Below, piece by piece: positions 39,987 through 52,700 of a stretch of DNA of 64,000 nucleotides. Location: the NCBI RefSeq assembly GCF_001194135.2, contig NC_068995.1:32922213-32986212 (forward strand), written 5' to 3'. Each line of letters starts with the position of its first letter. The stretch's first letter is position 1. Both the position numbers and the translations under genes were made by a program. The notes beneath the pieces were generated by a model that saw only the letters and a program-made list of their open reading frames with translations, made no database searches and was not told the origin of the DNA. Origin of the DNA: Octopus bimaculoides (Eukaryota).

Positions 39987-41606
39987 GTAACCTCCTCCTA
40001 CCGGTGCAGTCTACTTCACTTACTCAGCTAATATCATTGGGAACCATTCTCACATTGAAAGTCAATTGAGTTCATTAATTGTTGGTGGATACATCTGAGT
40101 ATCAGCCAAATGATTGCATTTATCACCTCAGTGTTCTGGCATAAAAATGCAACATTGAATATATTCTTTTCATAGCTATCTCCTGTTCGTTCTGTCAATT
40201 CTAAGAGAGATTTAGTCAATAAGAATAAGTACAAAACTTGATCAAAGAAAATGAATGTTGGCACGGAAATGTGCACAAAACATGATCCCCACTCTAAAAA
40301 AAAAAAAAAAAGAAATAAAAATATAAAAAAAACATTGTCATTTGGTTCATCATATCATTTAACATACAGCTTGCATATTTCAAATGTCATTACGTGTAGA
40401 ATTATATCGACTAAAATGCACTGGTTGAAACAGGTCTTATTTCACAGACAAGTTTTACAAGCAAGCCCCATTAATAGGTGTCTACTGTGGTGGTGGTGGT
40501 GGTGAATAGTAGGCACTCTTATCTGTGGCTAGCGACAAAGTATATAGTTTTGTAATTTGGTAAAAGTGACAAGTATTACCTGAAATTGAAACACTTGCAA
40601 AAACGTTGATTTATGAGAAATTAATGAAAAAGAAAAAAAAATTACTCCAGTGTCAACTGAATTTATGGAACTATTTAGCTTGTCAAATATATTAATTTCA
40701 GGGATGTCAGAGTAACAGTGACAATGACGACAATAATGATTACCATCATAGTCAAAAACAACAATATCACGTCTTCTTTATCATTTGTGAGCGACATTCA
40801 ATAACTATATTATTGATCTTTTATCGTTTATTTGTTTCAGTCATTGGACTGCGGCCATGCTGGGGCATTGCCTTGACGAGTTTTAGTCAAACAAATGGAC
40901 TTCAGTACTTATTTTTTTAAAAGATTGATACTTATTCTGTTAGTTTCTTTTACCAAACCGCTAGGTTACAGGGTGATAAACAAACCAATACCAGTTATTA
41001 AGCAGTGGGGATAGGGCAAACATAGACATAAAAGACACGCACGCACGTATACATACATGGATACATACATACATACATACATATGTACATACATACATAC
41101 ATGCATACAGTTCAAATTGAGAAAGTAGAACAGGTAAAATCCAGCTTTCATATGTTTCCTAGTTAGCAGATCCTCTGCTGTAATAATGACTCAATGAAGG
41201 CTGCTCAGCTAGCTACTCATTAGGCCGAAGGTACCTTAATTGTATGAAGGTTACATTGTCCTTCGGGAATCCCAAGTTAGCTCGCCGAAGATAGATGGAT
41301 GGACGGACGGGTGTGTGTGTGTGTGTATGTATGTCATTCAGTTTTATTTCAAGATTTCTTGCCAATAGAGAAAGAGCCGGTTTCTAACCTCGATCTAAGT
41401 CTCCTTCATTGGAATTTCAACATCAACAACAGGGTGGGTGGGTATGCATGTATGTATGTAAACAACAACCTTCCACAAAGTTTTCGTCTATCCAATCCAC
41501 TTACAAGGCATTGGATAAAGCGGGGTTATAGTAGAAGACACTTGCCCAAAATGCCATGCAGCAGGATTGAATTCAATTGCAAAGTGAGCTTCTTAACCAC
41601 TCTGCA

Positions 41607-41649
<43 letters not shown>

Positions 41650-41741
41650 CAAAGAATATATATAATACAAAGCATATATATGCATGTATACACACATATA
41701 TGTACATACTTACATCTACATGTGTATATAGATGCATATCA

Positions 41742-42307
41742 GGGTACAGGACGTTAGAACAATGAACTACAGATCACGGAATGAACACATAGGAAGACAG
41801 ATAGCCACTTGGAATTAATCCTTCGTCAGCTGCCTCTATTCTAACTAGACGTTTCGAAGATAAGGCAGAAGGTACTCTAGAATAGTCTCTTCCTGTGTAG
41901 TGGATCGACCCACTAAACAGAGGATTCCAAGGTGGCAAACACAAACCAAGACAGGAAAAAATGGACAGTGAAAACAACATTAAAAAGCTGTACGGCCAAA
42001 CGCGAATCTGATGTAGAACGCTAACAGTTCGTCTCGCCTTCATAGTGGCTGGAGTGAAAAGAGAGTTGACCACAGGTCACACGTGAGCAGAGAGGATGGT
42101 AGAGGGAGGAAGTGGAACAAGGAGGAAGAGAGAGATGTGTATAGCAGTGAAGTAGAAGCCAAGACAACAGAAGGAAGCAGAGCGAGAGGGGGAGATGGGT
42201 AAGAAGAAAGATAGATAGAGGGATAGATAGATAGATAGATAGAGTTGCGTCAGAATAATAAAGTACAAACTTACTTGCAAAAAGGACGCGTGCGTTCGAT
42301 GATGTAA
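41742..42307 (-). mobile_element. Unclassified insertion (Penelope pseudo-LTR-like) between 79-bp direct repeats
   Basis: Flanked by 41663-41741 and 42308-42386; contains cgaaacgtc and ctgacgaagg motifs on the minus strand. Confidence 0.45.
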
Positions 42308-42425
42308 TAATACAAAGAATTTATATGCATGTTTACACACATATATGTACATACTTACATCTACATGTGTATATAGATGCATATCATATATGTATGTATA
42401 CATGCATATGCTCATATATCATTTG

Positions 42426-42467
<42 letters not shown>

Positions 42468-43469
42468 CAATGCTAGTTTTTCAGACCATTACGAAAATTT
42501 TTTTTACTCTATATTTTGAATTGTCACACTTTTTCCTTGATTTAAGTACCCATCGACAAAATTTGTTTCTCAATACTGATATATTTCTGATTTATTAAAG
42601 TTGTATATATTCTTCGCACTTACTTCCTTATATATTGGATTCAATTTTTGGCACATGGCCGGCAATTTTGGGGAGGGGTAAATAAATTATATCGACCCCA
42701 GTAATCAACTGGTACTTATTTTATCGACCCTGAAGGATGAAAGGCAAAATCGACCTTGGCGGAATTTGAATTCAGAACCTAGAAACGGATGAAATGCCAC
42801 TAAACATTTTGCCTGGCGTACTAACTATTCTGCTAGCTCGCCGCCTCTTGATCATAAATCTCTGGCGTTAGATGGTGCCCAAGATTACCGCCCTGATCCG
42901 TCAAATTCAGCTGATGGAATCCTGTGAAATGAAGTGACAGCGGATATCTCTAACTGGTCTTCGAGACAGCTATTTTGTTATTCTATCCGCGATGCATAGA
43001 TAAAATAAGAAAAGAGGAAAAAATGTCGGTGATGATAAGAGGTAAGTAAGGAAATATTTTGCTAATATTATAATACATCTCGGTTATAATGGCTGTTTTT
43101 ATACCAATCCAGTATAAAGGGATAAAGAAAAAGGAAAGCATACAAAAGAAACGAGACTAGAGGAAATAATCAGTGAAACGTGGTGTCGGTGGCGAAGAAC
43201 TAAATCATTAGATTAAGCTAAGTTGATTTTTAGTCTTTATATCGCCAGAAAACAAATGTAACCAGTTCTTTTTCTTTCTTCACCCATTATCAGTAATGTA
43301 AATGTAATAGAATATTACGGACAGATAACGGTAACATGGTGTAATCTTGGGAAAGTGTACGAGAGAGAGAAAACGTTAGTGAAAATACGATACTGTATGT
43401 GTGTGTGTGTGTGTGTGTATACATACTCTGAGTGTGACTGTATACATGCATCCACACGCGTGCACGCAC

Positions 43470-43640
43470 ACATACACACACACGTACGTACATACCTACC
43501 TGCATGCATACATACATGCACACATACATTCATATACACACACACACATATATACATACATACATGCATGCATACATACATACATGCATGCATACATACA
43601 TACATACATACATACATACATACATACATACATACATACA
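43470..43640. repeat. (TACA)n/(CA)n microsatellite
   Basis: Direct inspection. Confidence 0.95.
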
Positions 43641-43744
43641 TGAGGAGAGGTATCAAATCAGAGCAGATATAGGTCTTTCCCTAAGGAACCTTGTTAAACT
43701 CTATTTATGAAAATAATAAAAAAAAATGAGCCCGTTCACTTTGA

Positions 43745-44172
43745 AGACAGGGTATCGGTACTTGGCACGAAAGACATAAGCCATAGAACGAATAGATAAT
43801 ATCAAAAACCTGGCATGGAGTACCGATAAGTTGATGACATCCAACTTTCACTGCTACCTCCATGTAATTCAAGAACAAGAGACCCCCAACCAAATATTTG
43901 CAGCGTAAAAAGCAGAAAACATTGACATAACAAATGTAGGCTGCGCAAAATCAAAACTGAAGGCATCGACCACATTATCACCAACTGTGCGAGAATGTCT
44001 TCCGTGGTGCCAGAATAGTCTGGAACAGTCTGGATAAGAAAAAAAAAACCATTAACAGACTAACTTGACTATATTGAAACCGAAGGGTCAAAAGAATATT
44101 GGTGGAGCTTTAAAATTACAACAGTCATGAAGTTAAAACCTAACCAGCCAGATAATATTGTGTGAGAGCACG
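43745..44172 (+). mobile_element. R4/Dong-like REL non-LTR retrotransposon remnant
   Basis: WSTDKLMTSNFHCYLHVIQEQE, KCRLRKIKTEGIDHIITNC (decayed CCHC) and YWWSFKI...NQPD (start of the PD..D endonuclease). Confidence 0.7.
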
Positions 44173-44175
44173 AGA

Positions 44176-44800
44176 CCGTGTCAAAAGCCGCCGATGTAGA
44201 GGCGGCGATATTTGCGAAACTCCCGAGATCTTTCAGTGATGAGACGAAGGGCAAAAATATGGTCGGTGCCACTGCTCTATCTCTCGGAAGACGAAACTCC
44301 GCATCTACAACGCATCGACCCTCTCTATTCTCCTCTATGGAGCAGAAATGTGGCCCTTCTCGAAGACCTTGGCAAAGAGGATTGACGGTTTGGATAGCAG
44401 AACCTTGAGATAGCAGAACCATGAGAACCATCGAAAACATCAGGTGGTACCATCACGTTTCCAACAAAGAAATGTGTGTACGCGCGCATCAGCCCGTAGC
44501 CTCCCACCTCATAGCTACCCGTCGCATGCATTGGTACGGACATGTCCTCCGTCTCTTGCTAGATCATCCTACCAGGGCGTTACTCACATTCGACGTAGTA
44601 GCTACGAGCTGGAAGAGGCTTCATAGCAGGCCAAGCACCAAATGGTTGGACGTGATTGGGGAAGATCTCCAGAGGCTTAACGTCACCTTGGATGATGCGG
44701 ATGGGTGGCACGGAACCGCCAGCAATGGAGAGCACTGGTGGACTCAGTCGGCTCTACACATGATGACGTCTCTGGGACCACTAACCTGGGATGACCCTCA
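44176..44800 (+). mobile_element. RTE-clade LINE 3' fragment
   Basis: KLRIYNASTLSILLYGAEMW...RRMHWYGHVLR...RPSTKWLDVIGEDL (ORF 44421..44837). Confidence 0.85.
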
Positions 44801-44917
44801 CCAAGCAAGAGCAAGAAGCAAGCAAATAAATAAATAAATTATGCTCTCTTTGGAAATCAGCTGCTCTCAGAACACCAACGTGGTGAGAAATATACTGGAG
44901 AAAGACTTCGATGGACT

Positions 44918-45326
44918 TGTAGTGGCGCGAAATTATGGCCGCCATTAAGGAAGTGTAATCTACGCATGCGCAAGGGACTTACCTTTCCCGGAAGCCCCTC
45001 GAATGCGCATGCGTAGTAAACTAGTACTTAAAGCGCTTCGCGCGTTTTCTAAGCCTCTTTAGCACGATGTCTTCGATGCGACAACTTGCTCCGCTGGGAT
45101 GCCTCAACGAAGCTCTTAATCTCCAGATGCTGATTACAAGTTAACCAGAGGCGACCAGGCTGAATGATACAGGTTTTGTAAAGCCAAGCATCACCAAAAT
45201 AAAACTTATTTTATTATGTTGTTAATTGTTCACACCTGCCTTTGTTCTACTGTTTCCTAATATATGTTTTTGTTGAAAGGTGATAAAGAGAGACTAATGT
45301 CTCAATGTTGCTATCAACCTTTTACA
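44918..45326 (+). mobile_element. Solo-LTR-like element, family A' (409 bp)
   Basis: TGTA...TACA ends, perfect 4-bp TSD GACT (44914-17 / 45327-30), internal AATAAA, terminal CTAATG hairpin. Confidence 0.8.
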
Positions 45327-45382
45327 GACTTATTGACGAGGAGTTTGAAAATCCAGCACCCAATACACTATTACTATTACTC

Positions 45383-45393
45383 GTAGCAGTAGC

Positions 45394-45439
<46 letters not shown>

Positions 45440-45440
45440 A

Positions 45441-45494
<54 letters not shown>

Positions 45495-45520
45495 CAACAA
45501 CAGCAACAGCAGTAGCAGCA
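45383..45520. repeat. (GTA)n trinucleotide microsatellite
   Basis: Direct inspection; produces the poly-Val ORF 45305..45571. Confidence 0.95.
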
Positions 45521-46355
45521 GTAATTGTTATATTAACTATATTAACTATAGCTACAGAAAAAAAATTGTGATAATGTTCCGAACAATTTTAATATTTCCG
45601 TTAATAATAATGGGGCTATCAATAATCTAGAGCTGCATTTGTATCGTTAATTAATATGAATATTAATTTCAAATTTTGGCACAAGGCTAGCAGGTTTGGA
45701 AGAGGAGCTGACTCAATCAAATCAACCCCAGAGTTCAACATGTACTTATTTTATCGGCCCTGAAAGGATGAATGAAAGACAAAGTCAACCACGGCAGAAT
45801 TTGATCTCAAAACGTAAAAACGATCAAAATGTTGCTAAGCATAATGCCCGGGATGCTAACGAATCTGCCAGGTCGCCGCCTTAAGAATAATATTGATATT
45901 GATTTCAAATTTTGGCACAAGGCCAGCAATTTTGGGGAGGGGGGTAAGTTGATTGCATCGATTCCAGTACTCAACTGGTACTTATTTTATCGACTCCAAA
46001 AGGATGAAAGGTTAAGTCGACCTAGGCGGAATTTGAACTCAGAATCTGAAGACAGACGAAATGCTGCTAAGCAAGAATAATATTAATAGTAGTTTAGTGG
46101 CGAGCTTGGCAGAATCGTTAGCACGCCGAGCAAAATGCTTAGTATTTCGTTCCGCTTAACGTTCTGAGTTTAAATTCCGCCGAGGCCTACTTTGCCTTTC
46201 ACCCTTTCGGTGTCGATAAAATAAGTACCAGTTGAGTACTGAGGTCGTTGTAATTGACTTACCTCCTTCCTCCGAACTTGGCCTTGTGCCAAAATTTGAA
46301 ATCAACATTAATAGTTGTTTAACACATGATATGATTGAAGTCAACTGTAGAGTAC

Positions 46356-46803
46356 TGTAGTGGCGCCTAATATCAGTCGCCATTCTGGAGAGTTTATCCA
46401 CGCATGCGCAGGGACTAGTCTTCCGGAAGGAATGCAGGAAGAGTCTCATGCGCATGCGTAGTCATCCAATATCCAATCGTTCCCGCGTATTAATACCTCT
46501 TTTGCTCGTTGAACTTCGTGGAAGCTAGACGTCACAATAGCAGCTCTCCGACAACTCTACAATGGAGCCACATAGATAACCAGAGAAGAGAAAAATGACT
46601 TCTAACCACACAACTTCATTGACGGCGTCTCATCTAACCAAAAGGCGACATGCTACCGAATTCCCTCCTAGTGTGAGCAGAATTCTACTGTAATAAAATA
46701 TTTGTTGTGCTGTTAGTTTAGAGTCTGCGTTCCGTTTTCTTCCTTAAGAAATTTAATGTACGGAATTGAGATACACCTAATGGTGTATAACCACTTCCCT
46801 ACA
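46356..46803 (+). mobile_element. Solo-LTR-like element, family A (448 bp)
   Basis: TGTAG...CTACA ends, perfect 4-bp TSD GTAC (46352-55 / 46804-07), AATAAA near 46693, terminal CTAATG hairpin. Confidence 0.8.
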
Positions 46804-47050
46804 GTACCAAATAGTCGCCATCGCCTTTTGAATAGTCATTGCTTGAGATATAACGTCGTTTATAGATGAACCGTTTATAATACACACCAAAACTCGACAA
46901 AACTTATATATCTTGGATCATCCACTGATTTCAAAGGAAGTTATTTACCTCACCTCAGTTGATTTTACTTAATTAAATGCAGATCACCCGCCTCATTTTC
47001 AAATTATAGCCACCACCTCAAGAAAATAATGTTTCTTATGACATTATTTG

Positions 47051-47224
47051 CACTAGCGTAGTTAGAGTGTGTACCGCCCGGGGCGGCCCTTCTGTTTGCC
47101 GCACCCGGACCCCACAAAAAACGCATATTACCTACAGTAGACCCAAAAGTGGTACCCCTTTAAAAGTGCCGCCCGGAGTAGACTGCCTCCATCGCCCTCC
47201 CTCCCTCCCCTAGCTACGCTAGTG
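47051..47224. mobile_element. hAT-type MITE (174 bp)
   Basis: 14-bp TIR cactagcgtagtta / tagctacgctagtg (1 mismatch); imperfect 8-bp TSD attatttg / attattat. Confidence 0.7.
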
Positions 47225-47289
47225 ATTATTATTATTAAAACTATATGACTGTATCAAGGTGTCCGCTCCCCATGCGATTTCTGTAGCAA

Positions 47290-48560
47290 AGAATCTATTT
47301 AAATATTACAAGAGAAGTGATCTTCTACTTAACAGACAGCATAATACAATTCTTGCTGCCATTCCTTTAGATTATTTACTTTTTACTATACGTGTACATA
47401 CTCCAATCATCTTAGATAACTATTTACCTGTACTTTAATATAACCACCCCCTCCTAGCCTTTATCTTTTTCTCTTCCAATATAAATGAAATCATCCAAGC
47501 GTAGTTTGATCTTAGCATAGCTTTTACTCTAATGGAACTTCAAGGTTCTTAACCGTATGTTTATAGTTATATAATATATTTACTGCCCCTCCTTATATTT
47601 TCCAACCTTATCTTCTCTCCATTTTGTCCATACTCTTTGTCTCTTAACTAATTTTCTACATTATTTTAAAATTTCTCTTCCAACTCTTGCATGTTCTGCA
47701 CACTCGGATGTTTATAAAGTATATAAGCCACTAGAAGCTTAGGGCTGACATTTGCATAGCAAGGGATCTCTAGTTAGCTTCTTCCCAAATCCTTTCTCCT
47801 TTAATAGATTTTCTTTTATCTCTCGTCTCTACTCTATATTCTTCTTGCTTCATGTATGATATATCTGATTTTGTCTCCACATTTTCATCTGAATGGTCTT
47901 TTATTCACTTTGATTTTTCTTCCTTCTTCTTTTATCTGTTTTCTCTATCTACTTTCCCTTACTCTCTCTCCCTCATTTTTACTAATACGATTTTGCCTCT
48001 TACTTCTGAGCCTTCATCTCAGTGCTGTATTACTTCTCTTTTCCCCTCCTCCGCTGTCTTTTATTGGTGTAGTGCCTTTTTGTATATTGTATGACTACTT
48101 GATTTTTCTTTGCATATCTTCCTTCTGATGAAAAGGTACGTTGAAGTATCGCTTGCAGCTTGAATTGATTAACGTTTCATTCTTATGTGTTAATATTAAT
48201 TGTTGCCATTTCGCTATGTTTTGATGCATCATTATGTACACCTGTTTGCATAATATACATTATTGCAACAACTAGTCACCAAATTTTTGAAACAGCTGTA
48301 AAGGACTTTTTCTTCTTAATTATATTTATGTTTATGTAACATCTTTGTAAATGATTTGATGCCGTATATTACTGTTTGCCATTCTTTTATCTTACTATTA
48401 TTCGCTCGACCCATGCATTTCTTCTTGTCAACTCTTGTTCTACTGCTCTATTTCCCCCATGATTAGGACGCTGGATTTTAAGAATTCGATCTAGTTTGAG
48501 TACTAATCTGGTGATTATCTATTCTATGCCTTTATTGGCGTCATCTCTCCCATTGTACAT
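47290..48560 (-). mobile_element. Very decayed LINE remnant (possible ORF1 end / APE endonuclease start)
   Basis: Purine-rich minus strand with FINIRV and IGREKDKG*EGVVIL fragments; many stops. Confidence 0.3.
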
Positions 48561-48569
48561 GTATGTATG

Positions 48570-48901
48570 TGTAGTGAAACCTCTCCCTCGGGCATTCAAT
48601 CATAAATGATAACGAAGCTGCTAACATCTAGCCTTCGGCTGCCTTGGACCCTTCTGTCCACCATCCTGATTGGTTCTTATTTGCGCGGCAATTGTCCTCA
48701 TGTTCTGCTTGCTAATGGTGCATTACGTCCAATCGTGGCCTTCAGATAAGGTCACGTGAGAGAGAGTTTTTCTGGGTTTCTGGTGAGCCCTATTTCAGCT
48801 ATAAATAAGAACCAATTAGGATGGTGGACAGAAGGGTCCAAGGCAGCCGAAGGCTAGATGTTAGCAGCTTCGTTATCATTTGTGATTGAATGCCCGAGAG
48901 G
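48570..48901 (+). mobile_element. Truncated LTR-like U3 (family C) with fold-back inverted duplication
   Basis: Starts TGTAGTG; homologous to 62381-62600; 96-bp arms at 48587-48682 and 48803-48898. Confidence 0.65.
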
Positions 48902-49564
48902 TATGTATGTATGTATACACGCACACAAACACACGCGCGCGCACATTTTAAACATGTGCGTGTTTGTGTTTGTGGAGAGAAAGACGCAGAGGTCCCAATT
49001 AGACTCGTGGATAAGAAGATGCGCTGAGTAAAAACAACAGTATTTTATAGCGTTTCGTATGACAAAACAGGACTTTAAGTTCTCGTCAATTGTGTATAGC
49101 TTCAGTTATTAACAGCAATGTATCGTAGCTCTTTACGGTATCTATTTAATACTTAGAGACTTCCTCATTGGGAATATTTGCTAGAAATACGCCACAAAAC
49201 TAGCAGATCAAGTTCTTATCAACTCAGCCATCTTCAGCTTACATTAACGACATCGTAAGCACCTACCTAAAGAAAAATCAGAACAAAAGAGAAAAACACA
49301 CATAACAAAACTACAGCAATAAAAAATAGTGATTAATTCGTTTTCTACATTTTTGTAGTTGTTCTGCAACTGCCGCGAGGTAAACAATATATCATGCTAA
49401 GAATTTCACTGCTTCTATTATTTTCATCTATCAGAAGAGTAAAAAAAGTCACCAAATAAATCGTTAACATCCACTAGTAAAATGAATTATAGCTGGGGGG
49501 TGTTTGAAGTTAACGTCATCGTTGTGTCAGTTACTTCACATCAAAGTTTTAGTTGTCATTTAGA

Positions 49565-49629
49565 CTAACAAATTGTCTGGGTGGGTTATTTTTACGATTT
49601 TCCCGTCTTTTATATCTATATATTTACAG
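49565..49629 (+). promoter_or_regulatory. Branch point and 3' splice acceptor of a 5'-UTR intron of the deacetylase gene
   Basis: GACTAAC around 49563-49569, no AG until tttacAG at 49628-49629, and no ATG between 49630 and the start codon at 49793. Confidence 0.6.
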
Positions 49630-49792
49630 GAGAGAGATAAAATTATAACAAATCTGTTGTGGAATTCAGTCCAGTCCAGAAATTTCGCTTAGCGACACAG
49701 ACGACATCCAGAAGAATTAAATATAAGCAGTTATTTCCACCACACTTTAACACGAACGTTTCGAAGGAAGGTGCTTTAAGAGAAGATAAACC

Positions 49793-52700
49793 ATGTACAT
49801 ATATTTGCGAATTAGTCTTCATATTTTCCTCGTGTATATCATAATGATTAAAACCAGTACACTGAGAGTATGTCGGATATGTCAACAGAATTCCACTTGT
49901 TACCCACCAAAATGTGTCTGTTGTAAAGATTCTCTACCTACGAATGGAGAAAATATAAAAGATTTCCCACAAATTGTTTATTTCACATTTGACGACGCTG
50001 TAACTCTTCAAACAACGAAAATGTACAAGAAGTTGTTTTCGGCCGAGAGGAAGAATCCGAATGGATGTCGAATCAAGTTCACTCTATTTGTTTCTCACAA
50101 TTACACGGACTATCACCTCGTGAATGAATTTTATAAACAAGGAATGGAAATAGCTTCTCATAGTGTAAACCACAGAAGTGATATAAATCTTGTTCAAGTT
50201 AGAAAGGAAATACTTGGACAAAAAGACAACTTAGTGCGTTTCGGAAATGTTCCTAAAGAGGAGATTATCGGGTGGAGAAGTCCTTTCCTTAAACCTTTCG
50301 GAGACAAACAGGTTGAAATTCTCAAAGAAGGTGGATATATTTATGATGCAACTCTAACTTATTCTAAAAGACACAGAAAAGCAATATATCCTTTCACGCT
50401 GGATTATGGCTGGCCATTTCGTTGTCAAATCCCAAACTGTCCTGAGATGCAACATCCTGGCTTTTGGGAGGTACCTGTTGTGTCTGTGACAGATAAAAAC
50501 ACACTGTATGACTGTGTATACACTGATGGTTGTACTTTTCCACCGACAACCTATGAAGAAGCTTATAGATATTTATGGAACAATTTTTTGGACTATTACA
50601 ATGGAAATAGGGCTCCAATGGGTGTACATATGCATGCAGCTTGGTTTTTCTATAATTACCCCGATGATCCATACCGTTTGAAAGCAATGGACCGATTTAT
50701 TCGAGAACTTTTGAAAAAACCAGATGTTCACATCATCACGATCAAGCAAATGTTGGAATGGGTTAAAAATCCTGTTAAAAACTCTGAGATTAATTCATTG
50801 AAATCTTGGCAATGCGATTCTTCAAATGATTTTATCAAAAATTTCTTGCAGCAGTACAAATATAATGATATTCACAAAAATGAGAGCCTATTACAAAACC
50901 AATTCAAACCATATTTGAAGGAGAAATATACTGCGAAGGAAAATCGATTATATAATATATCAATATTAGAAGACAGTGATAATATCGCAAGTGGTTCAAA
51001 TTCCGACAACTTATGGATGTCTCAAAACAAACTAACAGATTATAAAGAAAGAAGAGCAAAAGAAGAAATAAAGTCTCTTAACACCGGGGCAGAATCAAGA
51101 AAGAAACCAATGCCAGTAACTGAACATGTTAAGACGAAGACCCGTGAGTGGGTAGCTAGAAATTTTAACTTAACTGATGGCTGGAATCAGAATGATCAAT
51201 CTCAATTTTCCAGCTACATCAAAGAATCAGTACACAAAGAACACTTAAAACAGATGAATACCAAGGTCTCCCAGCAAAATGGCAAGGAAAACAAGAAGAA
51301 GAAAATATATAATCAGAAACAACTAACAAAAAACGTTGACCATTCTAGAATATTTTCTGGAAGTTATTTCCCAAGATATCATATTAATCAGCCAAAAGAT
51401 TTCCGAGAAAAACTAGATGTGTACAAGAATGGAACAGTCGTATCAATGGATAAATCAGAAATTTTCTTTAAAACTCCCCAAAATAAAACGCTAACAAGAC
51501 ATTTGCAAGGACGAACGTCTCAGAACATCCTAATGAGATACACTAACACTAAAAGAAACCGTTTAAACATCTTAACAGTTAACCAATCATCTAGCTTGGG
51601 TTCTTTAATGACTAGTAGAAGTATTAATAACAACAGCAGTGGAAACAACAATATCGATATCAACTCACCATATATAAGAAGGAATACAAGCTTTGCTTTA
51701 GACAAACAGGTACTAAAAGCACTTCACCAAGCTGATGATGTATGGAAAACATCAGTTATTGCTAACGAAACTAGCCAACCATTTAAAAGTAACTTCCAGG
51801 CTAGAGCTGGTGTTGGAAATCAGGAATTTAGCTCTAGATATTCAAAGAGAATATCCATTAAAAGCAAGAATGTGAAGAACAATACGTTTAAGACATGTCA
51901 GCAGGGAAAGAATTGTTTATTGCCTTATTGTCGTTGCATGAATGCTAATGTAGGTATAGCTAAGATGGACGATATTCCTCAATTTGTGTATTTCACTTTC
52001 AACGGACCTATTACTAATCAATTCTTTTACAGTATGATCTCTTTGTTTAATCTATCGCATCTAAACCTCAGATGTCCCATAAAAGCTACTTACTTTGTTT
52101 CGGATGAAGGCACTAGTTATGACCTCGTCAGAAAATTATATGAAGCTGATATGGATATTGCCCTTCAGGGGAATAGTACTTCGTTCTACTCAAACAAAAG
52201 TATGTTAGCTTTAGATATTCAAAGCCAAAAGTTTAAAATGACTCATGGTGCTGGTATCCCAGCTATTAATATAACTGGTTGGCGTTCTCCAAGTATGTTT
52301 CCTTTGGGCGATGATCAAATGAAGATTTTGCAAAAAGAGCATTTTATTTACGATTCGACGTTGATTTACAAACAAGGTTGTTATAGGTGGCCTTTCACTC
52401 TTGATTTTGGGTGGGGAAGAACTTGTCCCATTGGAAAATGTCCAACTGGCAATTTTTACGGATTTTGGGAAGTTCCAGTAATACCACTATTAGACAAATA
52501 TAATTACACTTGCGTCTATGCCGACGGCTGTTTATTTAATCCAACTACTGCAAAAGATACTTTGGATTTTCTTCTGAAAAATTTAGCAGTTCATTACCAA
52601 GAGAAAATTCCCTATGGAGTCCAACTGCGACACGACTGGTTCAATCCCTCACAGAGGCACAACTTGGAAGGTTTGAAAAACTTTATCTCTAAATTGGTTA

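Noticed and set aside
41800-41900. Functional hammerhead ribozyme
   Set aside because: Each half-motif lacks one of the two core boxes (CUGANGA or GAAA); at best a relic.
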